Shown: piece by piece, positions 38,991 to 52,009 of the stretch
Layout: each line of letters begins with the position of its first letter
How positions within the stretch are numbered: position 1 is the stretch's first letter
Assembly (NCBI GenBank): GCA_013239625.1
Contig: MU054323.1
Span: 13,687,950-13,751,949, forward strand
Length of the DNA: 64,000 nt
Reading direction: 5' to 3'
Source: Lama guanicoe
Lineage: Eukaryota
The notes under the pieces: model-generated
Database searches by the model: none
Seen by the model: the letters and a program-made list of their open reading frames with translations, nothing else
What the model was told of the DNA's origin: nothing
Made by a program: the position numbers and the translations under genes

Positions 38991-41900
38991 AACATGAAGA
39001 GTAATGAAAGGCTTTCGGAGCTAGGTTACATTAAAGGCTACTTCTGAAGTGCTGAGCTCTCCACCATGATTTATTAAGCAGACATTAGATAACCATATAC
39101 TAGGGATGTTGTAGTAGAAGTAATTCTTAAATCAAATAGGAAGGAACATAAAAGATTCTCCTGAAAAATTGTAATTATTGGGTCTGGTGGTCATCTTAAA
39201 CAAGAGGTAAACATTACTGTTACAAGAAGGTACTGTGTTATCATTTTGGATATCTCATATTATTTTCAGTGATACGTGTCTTTGGCCATCATATTTGGAG
39301 GCATCCTGTATTTTATATAAATTATATCTACACATGGATTTTAAGATAACAGGTACATGTCATTAATGTTCAGTTACTGGCTTATTTGACAATGTTTAGC
39401 ATTAATGTTCTAGTGCCTCCACGACTAAAAAATTCTGAGTGGGGAGAATATTCTGTACTTAAATTCCTGCATATATTTACTAGACTGTCCTCTATTTTAC
39501 CAGATTTGTAGCTGGTCAAGTGTTTCAGCCACCCTTGTGTATTTCCCTGCCCATAACCTTCGAAATTTAGATACGGGTGAATGTTTAGTGGCCACACACA
39601 GATATTTGTAGTTGCAAAGACCTCTGCCTTCCTGTAAGCGGCAATTACAGTTCTTTAATCAATTTGAAGCACATTCTGGATTCACTACTAGTTTACTGAC
39701 TGCGGGCTCTGTTCAGTACAGGTCAGGAAAGTAATCATAGCAAAAATGTAAAAGATATAATTATGGTACCATCCAGTCCAGTCAAATCAAATCAAATAGC
39801 TGATTTTCATTTGTGAGTTCAAATGTTACTGTTTATATGCTCTGTTAAGTGCATTTAAAAGCTATCAGCTATATGAGAATAGTTGTTCATAATATATGGA
39901 CAGCAAATTCCTGAGAGCATAGACTGTGTCTTATTCACCTCTCTACAGCAGCTCCCACAAATCCTCACTCAATAAAAGATACATACATATACACAGTTGT
40001 GATTTCAAATAACAATCTCACCTGTGACTATGAAAAATTGTATTTTGATTTGTGATGTAAGATGAACCTACTAAGATTTTTTTCTATTGAATTTAATTTA
40101 GTTATGTGTTTGAGTAATGACTATTAGGGAGATTTGGTTACACAAGTATCAGTCTGTAATTTTAGTTTTAATTTTACCTCTTCATTGTTTTTTGTTTCGT
40201 TTTTCTCTCTGGAGTCTCTCTGAGTCTCTCTGAGACTCCAGTCCAAGAAAATGGACACCCTACACCTAGACATAAGTTTGGTATCCCTTCACTGATTAGA
40301 TGTGGAGGGGAAGGGGCACGGGAAGGAGACCTTGAGATTCTCTGCTTCTAGAGCTAGGAAAAACACAAGGTGGGGCCTCACAGGTCAGTGTATGTAGTTC
40401 AGTCATTGTCCAGATGAGGGTTGGAGGGGCTGAGACCCCACGGGGAGAGCTCTACTCCTGATCCAGTGCCCTGGCTGCCTCTGACCTGGAAAGGGCAAGC
40501 TGAGTTTTTTTTTTTTTTTGAGTAAATGTTCAACTTGCTTGTCCAGTTCCAGTTCATCTGGGCTGCTTCTACCCAGCTGGGTGGGGGGGAGCTTTAATGC
40601 TGTATAGAGGGCATTGGACAGGGGCACGTGGAGGAGTATCCTGAAGCCCCACTGGGTGCCCAGGGCCCCTGGACTGGGACAATGACATTTTCTTTAAGGC
40701 AGCCCCAAGCTCAACAGTGAAATAGATACCTCAGTTGGGGGCACCCCCTCTCCTGAGAAAACACACTACAATTTCAGACCTTAATCCTCTCCTGCAAATT
40801 CCCTGTGACTTTCAGTTTTTGCACCTGAAAGGCAGCATTACCTGTTCCCTCAGGGTTACGCTCTTCCCTAAGATGGCACAGTTAATCAATATATAAATAT
40901 TTTATTATAAAATAGTTCAAACACGTGGAATATCATAAACACATTACCAAATTCCATCAGGTCAGGTCGATTTATTTTGCCACATTTGCTTTATATATAT
41001 ATTTTTCTGAATTAAGACATACAGATAGTTAAAGCATCATGAGTGGCTCTCACTAATTCTATTCTCCTTTCTGTCCCAGAAGTAACCATTACCTTGAATT
41101 AGTGATTATCATTCCTTTGCGTTCTGTTAACCAATTATCATTACTATACAAAATAGAAAAATAATATACAGCACTGTTTTTAATATTTCAAAAATATATA
41201 AAAATGGTATCGTGTATCATTTTACAACCTCTTTTTCTGACTCATTGTTTTGAGATTTATCCATGTTGATGCTTGTAGTTCCAGTTCATTCCTTTTAACT
41301 GAATGTATCATTAGAAGGATTTTAATATTTATTCAGAGGAGCATCAGTCTTCCCTTCTGTTTTGTACATTTTTAACCCTAAAATGCTCCCAGGCTACTTA
41401 CCATAGCCACAAAGGCTATTTGATTATTGACCCATATATGAGTGCATTTGTTCAAGGAATATCTATAAAGTGCTTTCCAGCTTGTCAAACCCCATGCTCA
41501 GTGCTGGGGCCCAGAAATAGATATGACATGGCTGTGATATAAAGTGTAAGACAGATATTTAAACAAGGAAGGATTCTGCATCCTGAGCTGTGTGATGTTC
41601 AGATATGTACAGTGTGCTTTGGGATCACAGAGAAGGGATGGGGGAATAAAAGTGGGAGGATAGCAATTAGGGAAGCCTTCACAGAAAAAGTGATATTTGA
41701 GCTGCTTTTGAAAGAATAAATTTCCTGGGAACTAAAGTGTGGGGAGAACTAACCTTATAAGGGGACTAGCGCCTTTAAAGAAAGGCAGCCAAGTTTTGAA
41801 AGGAAATAATATAATCAGTAAATTGCAAGTAGTTTAGCCAAGTAACTGAGGGGGAAAATCAGCAGGCTATCATAATTCCTCTTCCCTCAGAATCAAATGG

Positions 41901-42034
41901 ATAAATAGTGCTTACTACTTATAGCATTTACAGCAGCCTTTTCTAACCACTGAGAAATATGAGTATATGTGCACCCCTTCCCCCCCTATTTAGACAGTTT
42001 TCTAAAACTCTCCTGTATTCCTTTTTCAAGGGAT

Positions 42035-42170
42035 TAAAAGCATGGTCTTTTAAGGTCTAACAGACCTGGATTTAAAACCCAGCTCTCTTATATGCTAGGT
42101 GTGTGACCTTAACTCTTCTGAGCGTTAGTTTCCTCATCTGTAAATTGAAATAATAATGATTTCCCTGCTA
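42035..42170 (+). mobile_element. MIR SINE
   Basis: cagacctggatttaaaacccagctct...tgtgtgacctt...agtttcctcatctgtaaa. Confidence 0.85.
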
Positions 42171-42374
42171 TTGCAGTAGTTCAAAACGATAAGCTAGTGT
42201 AGTCACTGACTCTCGAGGCATTTCTTCTTTCTTGGGCTGGCAGGACTCATGCTCTGCAGGACTCTGTAGACATGGTAAACAAGACTGCAGAGTCCCTGGC
42301 GTTCCTGCACTCAGTTCAATCAGGAAATAGGGTGGTTATAGTAGTGTCACAGATTTGAGTACATAATATTTATA

Positions 42375-42640
42375 GGGATTCCAGGAAAACAGCATTTTTT
42401 ACTCAAAAAAAACTTTTGAAAAGCTAGGTTAAGCAAAGTGAAACAACTTTCTTGATTGCAGAATTTCTCAAAGACTTTCATATGTTAATGAATATTTTGA
42501 ATCTCAAAGAATGAGGTCATGGTATAGAGCAGTACCCAAACTTACTTGACTAGGGAATTCCCCTTTAAGGTACCTACCTTTTTTTTTTTTTTTTTTTTTT
42601 TGAACCACAGTGCTTCACAGAACAAAGCTTAGGAATTGAC
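42375..42640. mobile_element. hAT-Charlie MER112-like element with an internal T-run
   Basis: tttcttgattgcagaatttctcaaagac...gaatctcaaaga...cagtacccaaacttacttgac, similar to 16125-16385. Confidence 0.6.
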
Positions 42641-44922
42641 TTAGAGCGTAGTCAAGACTTCATTCGGTGTCAGGATATGAAGCAGATTCTCAGTTTGATC
42701 CTTGGATTTTATAATTCAGTTTTTTTCCCCTCTGGAAGTGACTCAGAGAATGCATTATAGAAATTGTGTTTGTCCTTTGGGATGTTAATTTCCAAATGTT
42801 TGTGATGCCTCAGAAAAAGTTCTCTGGTTTTCCTTATTAGTCTATTATGACTATTATCCCATCCTAGAAATTTCTCTAAATCTTTCTTAAATCTATTGGA
42901 TTTTAAAATTTTGAATTGTATCTTACAAGCAATATAACTAAAAAAAAGTACTATGTATTTTGTAAATATGGTACACCTTCTTATTTGTCCTCAGTTTTCT
43001 GTCTCCGACTTGAAATTTTGCCTCATTTGAGCAATCTAGGATTCTCCATTGTTAAGAGTGTCAGATATGGATCCTTCAATATAAATACATTAAGGGATTT
43101 AGAAAAACTCTCTGGATAGTCTTAATTTCTCTGATCTGGCTATTAATAATAGCAAAATTTCTCATTTCTTAATGAGAAATTCATAAGGGAATACACATTA
43201 AATATCAATCATGATAAATTACACATGATATTTTTCTATTTATGATTTATTCCTTATTTGTTTTCAAAAAGAATTTGAGAAGTTTACGAATAAAAGGCAT
43301 ATTTATAATAACACTCTTAACCAGAAAGAAGACAATTAACAACAGCAGCAGCAATAAACCATATAGATGGGGAGAAATATATGTGCCAAAATGTAGGTTC
43401 GTGTTGTTACAGCAATTGAAAATTAAATTTGGCTCGGGTCTTCCTTGCAGCCAAGGGGAAAAAATTGGAGGAAACAAGACATTTTGAGGTTATAACATTA
43501 AAGCTTTCATCAGTAGAGTTATTTATTTAAGTGTTTAGCTAATGAGGTCAGAATACATTGTTTCTTGGTGTATTAACTGGGTCCAGGGGTAGAATTAAGA
43601 ATTCCTAAAAGAGTGAAAGACTCATGTGTTCCTTGGGCTTTAATAATTTTCAGTGGGTAGAAAATACATCCAGTTGAAGATAGTTTTCTTTAAAATTATC
43701 ATGTTAGATTCCTTAATCTCTTTACCATGGGCAACCTCACTGAGGCCTTGAATCAAAAAGCCAGGAAATACCATGGATTAGATTGAGTGCAAGTTGCTTA
43801 ACCTCTATGTACTATTGGAAGGGCACCTTCAAGTCTTTTTAGATGCAGTGGTCAGAAGGCAGCCTCAGTTTGCTCAGATCACACCATGAAAACAATTTAG
43901 AAACAAACGTTCCAAGGTTATCAAGCTTTTTCCTTGTCCAGAACGCATTGCTGTGTCAATTCTGACCCCTTGGGTAGCCTAAATCCTGGGAGTCTGCAAC
44001 TGCAGCTGAGAAGTGTTCTTATCAATTTTCAAAACCCTGAACGATACTGTTCCCCGGCCTACTCTTCTACGGATTGCTAATGCTTTGAGTCATCTGCCCG
44101 TGGATGGTACCTTCAGTAGGACACATGAGTCCCACAGGTATGTCAATACTTTGACATCTCTTGGAAATAATATTCTTCAAGAAGTCATTCATTATTTATT
44201 TAGAGAGAAAGCAGAGAATGTGTGAGGGAAAGAGGAGGAGGAGATTCTCTGGTGGTGGCACTTAATCTCTCCTCTGTGGTCAGCTCTGGCCCCAGACACT
44301 CACATCACACTCAGCAAAGCAAAAATGCGCAGTCAATTGGACATATCAGAATTCAGCGGTAATGCTGATTCCTTAGGTTTCTGTGTTGTGCCACCTTGAG
44401 GTCTCAAGTCCCATCCCAAGTGGCTTATCAGAAATTCTTTCCAACCTCTTATGGTCTCTCTGAGAGGACTTCTGGTAAATGCAAACTCCTCCATTTAATT
44501 ACATTTCAGTGATGTTTTAATGCCTCTTATTGATTAGTGCCCTGGTCAGCTGCCTGGCCTACCTGCTCTGGTAGGCTTCAATGGAAATTTCTTTGGGGTC
44601 TTTAACATACACATCTGTGACCCTTTAACTGTACTGAAAGCTATAGAATCAATCAAATTCCAACAAAGGCTAGTAGTGAAGCCACATTGTAGCAAACGAA
44701 ACATTAAAAAACTTTGCCTGACGAAAGTGTGGAAGAAAGTTGGCCTTTTTGGCCCCCAGCTATTTCTTCTTTGATGCGCTTTTGACTAGGGAAAAGAAAA
44801 CAAAAATTTGGGCAGTTTAAAAACCAACCAGCATGTACATAGAAGCAGGACACACAGGATCATCTACCGTTGGACCATTTCTCTCACATGAGAGTGTTTA
44901 AGGCTATTAAAATCCTTTAAAA

Positions 44923-45046
44923 TTTTTTTTTTAATTTTAATTTTTTTGTTTATTTTCTCCCCCTAATGGAGGCACCAGGGATTGAACCCAGGACCTTGTT
45001 CTTGCCAAGCACATGCTCTACCACTGAACTATACTCCCCATCCCCT
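44923..45046 (-). mobile_element. tRNA-derived SINE (camelid Vic-1-like)
   Basis: Reverse complement has an A box (tagttcagtgg) and B box (ggttcaatccc) followed by an A-rich tail; 8-bp direct repeat ctttaaaa (44915-44922 and 45047-45054). Confidence 0.88.
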
Positions 45047-46814
45047 CTTTAAAACCATTTAACTGAACATGTCATCTTAGATGAATCCTGCCTATTGTTG
45101 TCTGGGAAAAGTAGTAATACTTGGGAAATTGGTGAATATATAATAGAAGAAAAATAATCCTGTAAAGAAAAATTTAATTATATGAGACTTGGTGTTTAGA
45201 TGGAAAAATACCTTATTATCATAAGGTTTGCCATCCATCACTGCCATCCGGTCCCCTTTACTATGTATGGGAAAATTCAACTTGTCCAGATGTCAGAAAC
45301 AAAATGTACACATACCCTTTGTTTTCCTGAATGTGTTTTACTTAATTGTACAGCTAGCATTTTAGGAGACAGAAAAGGGCCTTTTGTTCAATATGATGGA
45401 TTCAATATAAGGGAATGGTCTCCCACTCATGAGGGCCCTGAAGGTACTCACAGTGCTCATTTATGCACTTACCCATCTGTTCCTTCCCTTACTTAGTCCT
45501 CATTCTCACAAACTGGTGTACTCTGGGACAGGTACTGAGATTATGACATAGACTGTGCTCTCAAAAGAATCCTTAGCTGAATGTGTGCCATGGACTTATG
45601 GATGACAGGAGCACATGCTTTGAGGAACATGAGTGAACTTGCTAGGAGAGAACCTCTTTCTCAAAAAAAAAGAACCACTTTCTCTGAGAGATTAAAAAAA
45701 AAAATCCAACATTAGGAGTGTGTCTAAGCAGGAGGAGGGAGGGGAAAAGAAAAAAAAACCTTCGGGGAGGAATTACATATCTCAAAGGAGAAACTATAGT
45801 TAGTCATACTGACCTTGCTACCTCTTTGAAAGTTTTTGGAATGTATATGTGATTATAAAAATAGTATCTAAAGAGAGAAATATCAGACAGTATTTATTTT
45901 TTAAAGGCTGAATGAAAGCATGATTCCCGACTTGGAAAGTCTGTACTCATCTCTTAATACAATTGCTGTAGTAATCATGGTTTGATTAGAGTTGGTGAGA
46001 TCCATTTTTCATCACTGGTAGTCTGACCCTTTCATTTGATGGGAGTAGAAACTGAGGCCCTGGTTTGGGGTTTGGGGGCCATAAAAACACACGTGTATTG
46101 ACACATGAATTAATAGTTCATTTGGGACTGCCGAGTCCTTTGTCTCTTAACTACTAGTCTGAAGTCCTTTCTGCTCTACCACACAAACTGCTTCAAATTA
46201 ACTTCCTACCTGAAGATAACACTATATGGTGCACATTCTGGAGACTTGATACCTGATTGACATAGTTCCCATGATTGTATCACCCTTCTGGGGTCTTTAT
46301 GATGAACTGATATCAGAAAGTAAAAGATACTGTATGTACCTAACTCGAAGGTGACTTCAGAGTGTGGTTAATCTCCTGTGTGCAATGAGTTTTTTAAAAG
46401 ATTCATTTTATTGGAAGGCAAGGCATTGCAAAGCAGTGAGTCTGTCTGAGTGCAGTAGTGCTTTTTAGGTCCAGCCAATTTCTGATTCCCCGAGGCTAGA
46501 TGCTATTAGGCATTAAAACTCAAATTTCAGACACCTTGCACTGATGAACACAAGGAACATCTGTAGCAAGTTTCTAGCATTATAACTACTGAATACTGAT
46601 TACTGTCAGAAGAGCTAGGCCTACAATGCTAATGGGCTAAAAGAAAGAAGGGTTTATTTCTAAAAATACCTAAGTACCTTTATTTTACCCTTTCAACCAA
46701 ACTGGGAGGGTTCTAGATGATTTGATAAAAAAAAAAAATCTAAAAGTTTTCAGTTTGATGTTTTCCTCCCCAGAACATTTATATGGTTTACCAATAGACA
46801 TAATAAAAAGTACC

Positions 46815-47020
46815 ATTAACTGGGCACCTACCGCATTCTAAACATTTTATGTACATTATTCCAATCCATGCAGTAATCCTGAAGTCAAGAGTATCATCTT
46901 CATTTTGTAGGAGAGCGTACTAAGGCTCATATAGAGGTTAAGCACCTTGCCTCAGGTAAGGCAGTTAGAAGCGAGGTGGGCTAATCAAACCAGGCTGGAG
47001 TGACTCTTACGCCTTTACAC
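46815..47020 (-). mobile_element. MIR SINE
   Basis: cattttgtaggagag...actaaggctca...agaggttaagcaccttgcc. Confidence 0.75.
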
Positions 47021-49209
47021 CCGTCCAAGGGTTGTCTGATTCATTTTTGTATCCTCAGTTCCTAGCCAGTCCCTGGTTTATGAAGTGTGCAATGAGGTTT
47101 TTTGAATTGGCTGTAGTTAAACAGTGAGGATTTTGGTGTCCAAAAAGCTTATATATCCAGAAAGGTCGGCTGAGGAATAGTGTGTGAGTGCAGGATGCAC
47201 AGACTTGATCAGGAGGCAGCTTGTTCTCTGCCCTGTACTTAATTACTTGCGGGCTGGAGGCAACCTGAGGCAAACAAGTGTCCATTCCAGCTAGAAGAAT
47301 ATTGAGACCTACAGGGGAATCACTTCTTTGATTCAGACGAAGTACAGCAGCCATCACTGTGGTCTCTTACTCTGCCTCTGAGGCCAGTCTTTTCTCTCTT
47401 TCACTCTCTGTTTGCCCCTCCTAATGCTTATCTACTAGACTTGATCTTTCCCTCTTCCCAGTACCTTACCATGGTGTCTTAGATTAGGAGCTCAGTGTAG
47501 ACTGAAGTCACCCACATGCTGTGACCTGCATTGTGAACTGAGGTATATTCACTGAGAGATGGTTGTTCTAGGTGAGTTTCCTCCAACTTGTTAGATTTGT
47601 GACTTTAGCATTTCTGATTTCTGCTGCCAAGCAGTTCCTCATGACCTGATGTCAGGGAGATCAGAAGGAAGGATTCATGCACAGAATAATAGGAGTAAAA
47701 GTTAGAGGGCAGGAATCCATCTTGGAGTGGTAGGAGGCCAGGAATTAATATGTGACAGGAGACTTTAGGAGGATATGTAGCAACTGACTTAGGGACCAGA
47801 CTATATTCCCGTTAGAGATTGAAGAGCAGGATGAAAATGGATACTAGGACTTCTTTGGGTTGTAAGTTACGTATCAGAATTTGGCTAAGCTATGTAGAAA
47901 AGGACAATTCTTGGATGTCTCAAGATATCCTAAGACAGAATCCAAAGACAAATGCAATTGCCTCTCAGGAATAACCTGAAACTGGGGGCCTGAATGCTAC
48001 TTCCATTCTATGTATCTCTCTTCTGTGCTTCTTTAAGGCTCTTTGACTTGTTTTCCTCCCTCTCCAGCATCTGGCCCTCAGAGCAGGAAGCACGGGCACC
48101 AAGATAGTCTTAGTCTTTTCAGTTGAGTGGCTATAGAGAATTTTTATTTCTAGAGAAAAAAATTGATTCTATGGTTCTGAATAAGAACCGATACCTTCTA
48201 CATTGATTTTATGATGATGGAGAGAAACTGATAATACATAAAGTTTCAGAAAAACAGGAAGAAAGACCTACCATAACCTTTGACATAGCAGCAGCACCTC
48301 AATAAGTATTTTTTATTTCAATTTTATTTAACACAAGGGGAAAAAGGATAAACTGGGATATTTGTAGCCTTGACTCTGATCAGACAACGGTCTCATTGAC
48401 CGTATTGAAGAAGTGTGGTGATTTGGACCTCAAAGATCTTATTTCTGGCCCCGCCATTCTTCTATTTATTACTTGTGGTGTATTTATTGAGCCTTGGTTT
48501 CTTCATTTATAAAATGAAAATATTCATAATAACTATTTTTACTATCAAAGTTTTATCCTACATATCAAATGAAATAATTTATATGAAAGCACCCTATAGA
48601 TACTAAAATATTAAACATTTTTACCTTTTTAATTAGCATTTCAGAGGTTCAAAAAAGTACAGAGAATTGTGAAAAAGACACTTCTGTATCTACTACACAG
48701 TTTAAGAAATGAAAGATTACTGATAATTTGAAGTTCCTTCATATCCCACCATGGTGTACTTATCCCTGATCCAGTTACTTTCTGTTTACTGAATTGTTTT
48801 CAATTTATTCAGCATCCCAAAGCATTTAAAAATAGTTTTGTAATATATGCATGTCTCTCTAAACAATATATTCAATTATATTGTGTTGTGTGCATTTTTC
48901 TATTTCTTGCTTTTTCTACTTGAATTATTTTTGCAAATTTTGTTTTATTCAAAAATTTGTTAAATTCTCATTTAGTAATTTAAATTTAATTTTTGTTTAA
49001 TTCGAAAAGCATTCATTTCTCATTGTTGGAACATTAACTTGTTTCTTGTTTTCTTTGTAAATTTATTGTTATGTATAATGCTGTCGACGTTCTTTTAAAA
49101 ATCACTTTATGCACAGTAACTTGCCCCTTCACAAGTGGGGGTTGTTTTGTTCTCCCTCACTCCTCATCATTGGCCATGTAGATGAGATTTCTTTCAGAAT
49201 TTCTGTGTT

Positions 49210-50010
49210 TGTGGTGAGATCCTTCTACCTAAGCTTTGACTGTCCTGTCAGGCCATAATGCCCACTGTCCCCCCTTGTTGTGATTGGTTTCTGTCCCTCA
49301 CTTCACTCTTCAGTCCCTCAGTTTATTCTCCTTTTCTTGTCAATAATATTTGGTCCTGTTCACTGTCAGCTTTTTCTGCAATACTCCTGCCTTGATTCTT
49401 GATGCTTTTAATATTCACATAAATGATTCTTTTACCACCGTGGCCTTGAATTGCTTCCATTCCTCTCCTTCACCCTACCTTAGCCATTCATCTGAATGAT
49501 CATGACATGGACTTTTCATCACCTTTCCGCAATCTGTTTCAAACATCCTCCTCCCTGTTTACCTTGTCTTATCCTTTCAGCTTGCTCATTCTAGTACCAA
49601 TACTTTAACACTTTCAATTCCCAGGATCTACAGTCCACTGATTGATGTGACTTCATAGCCCTATTTCCCACTCATGCCCTTTTAACTCTTTCCCCTTCAG
49701 CTTAAATTCCATCATCAGTCTGTATAGCTATTTCCTTGCATACATCCTCAACTCCTAAGGCCCTTACTTGTGATGATTACTTCCATGGCAGAATTTTGAC
49801 CTGAGGGAAGTCCAGCTCTCCTCCTACTTTGAGTCATCATGGAAGAAGAAAAACACAGCCATGCTTACTGTTCTCACCTATTCTTCCAGATTACTCTTTT
49901 ACACTTTCTTCTCTCTCCTCAAAACCGAAACTCTCAGTCTCATCTGATGATTTGATTCCTATATTATTAAGAAAATAGAAGCAAGCAAAAGAGAACTTCC
50001 ACAAGCCATT
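49210..50010 (+). mobile_element. L2 internal fragment
   Basis: ttcttgatgcttttaatattcacataaatgat, cttatcctttcagct, tctcagtctcatctgatgatttg...gaaaatagaagcaa. Confidence 0.7.
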
Positions 50011-50611
50011 TGACTTGGAACCTAGAAATAATCCAATTGTGACTAACTGTAACAATGCCTGTCTATAGTAATACCTGGTATATGAGCAAGGGTGAATTCT
50101 GTTGATAAGGCATGCTGATAACATCTGTAATTCTTACTGATCTGTAGTGAAATAATATCCTACCATGACCTTACTTCGATATGGTGTAACACTAGCATTG
50201 TTGGTAAAATTCAGTGATGTTATATGAATAGATCATATAATAATAACTGATATTGATGATCAGCTATATAAGGAGGTTGAATTAAAGCCTTCTCAGGATG
50301 TAATACCAATGGAAAATGAATGTCCTGAAGAAGAACTGGATTTATCTAATTGTCAGCTAAGTTCTATATTAACTAGTTTGTCACAAGTTTATCATAAAGT
50401 ATAAATAAAAGTAGATGGAGTAGAGAGACTAGTAATCAAATTAGCACAGAAATATTAAAATGTATATAATGGATTTATAGACTGGATTAGTTGTTTCTTT
50501 AAATCTATCCCTAGCTCACACTGGATCCTCCAAATGTTAGGCATATTCATATTGAAACTATTGCTGTGTTAGTTTTATAAATACTAAACTAAATGTACGT
50601 GCTCAAACAGA

Positions 50612-50812
50612 AGCGTTTTGCTATAAGAGATCTAGGCCAAGGGCCTGGTGCTGTTCTGTATGGTAAGGGGGCTAGGATCTCAACCTTTGCACATTCCAAA
50701 GGAAGGACTGGCCCTACACCAGCTTCTGAGAGAGAACCTTTAAGCCCTGGAATAACTTTCCTGATAAGAGTGTCTTTGTATGCCCTGGCCTTTAGGCCAT
50801 GGCAGATAGTTA
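50612..50812. mobile_element. MER21-like LTR fragment
   Basis: aggactggccct...cagcttctgagagagaacctttaagccctggaata...cctgataagagtgtctttgtatgcc. Confidence 0.7.
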
Positions 50813-50819
50813 AATATCT

Positions 50820-51010
50820 ATCTCTTATAAGGAAGGACACTTGGAATTACATTGGGCCTACTTGGATAATCAACTATAATCTCTCCATTTCAAGAGTATT
50901 ATTTTAATCAAACCCACAAAATTCCCTTTTGCTATATAAGGTAACGCATTCACAGGTTTGGGGGATTAGGATGTGGTTATATTTGGGGAGTCCTTATTCA
51001 GCCTATCACA
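50820..51010 (-). mobile_element. MaLR LTR fragment (MLT1D/E-like)
   Basis: tacattgggcctacttggataatc...ataaggtaacgcattcacagg...attcagcctatcaca. Confidence 0.8.
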
Positions 51011-51014
51011 CTCA

Positions 51015-51310
51015 ACAAAGTAGGCAGGTGTAAGAAAAACTACCATGCAAATCTGAAAAATGACACCTGCTCAAGCCTCTGTGTGGAAGGTAACAAGGCA
51101 TTGTGGGACTGTGTGGAAGTGTGAGCACATGTTCTATCTGAAAAGGGCAGTGCCCCACTCAGTTATGGTGATTGTTGATGTGTGAGAAGACAGGACCCCA
51201 AGTGTGTGTATGAAATAGTTCAATGGTAAAATGTTGACAACTTATTCAGGTTTTAAAGTTTGAAAATATACTGTGGGGGTCAACCAAGAAAAATACAAAT
51301 CTTGTGTTCT
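51015..51310. mobile_element. MER102-like hAT fragment
   Basis: ccactcagttatggtgattgttg...aaaatgttgacaacttattca...actgtggggg. Confidence 0.5.
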
Positions 51311-51674
51311 CTGCTGTTCACACTTTCACAATGATAATGAGACTGAACAAAGCATGAAGATAACTTTGTTGTTTTCTCACTATAGGCTAGGACTGCCACC
51401 TAGCCCATGAGAAAAACAATACATTATAATAATGAAAATCTAATTTAGAAAAATGCTTCTGTGTTTAATCCTTATGACTGCTCTGTAAGGTTGGTTATAT
51501 ATTGCCCTATTTTCAAGGGAAGAGTCTGAAGAATTTAGAAGGTAAGGGCATGTCCAAGGCCCCTGAGTGAGGGCTGAGGGGCAAGGCCAGGAATTTAATC
51601 CGGGCCTTTGCCTTCCTAATTCCATCCTTTATCCACTTAACTTTTTTCATGTCCCTTAATTTATAGCTAAGTCT

Positions 51675-52009
51675 TGTTAAATTAATTTAACAAGAAGGTC
51701 ATTAGACTAAGGTGCCTCTAATGCCATGGTAGTCCAGGTAAGCACACGAAAATCTAAGCCTGTAAATGCCTCAAGGTTATGAAATTAAAACCCAAGGACA
51801 ACCTATCACAAATAGCCAACTGGGCTTTAAGCTATAGCCAATTAATACTTCCCTTGCTTTCCTTCCGTCTTTTCTCTATAAATTTTCCCCAGGGCTCCTG
51901 TTGGTGGAGTGCTCCTTACCACTTCCTGTTTGTTGCTGCCTGATTTGGATCAGTTTTTGCTCAAATAAACTGTTAATATTTTTAATGTACCTTAGTTTAT
52001 CTTTTAACA
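51675..52009 (+). mobile_element. Complete 335-bp ERV1-type solo LTR
   Basis: Terminal inverted TGTTAAA...TTTAACA; perfect 4-bp TSD gtct (51671-51674 and 52010-52013); internal CCAAT, TATAAA and AATAAA in the expected order. Confidence 0.92.

Noticed and set aside
44960..45046. Functional tRNA gene
   Set aside because: Has A and B boxes but a degenerate cloverleaf, an A-rich tail and a TSD, so it is a SINE; the same applies to 55839-55971
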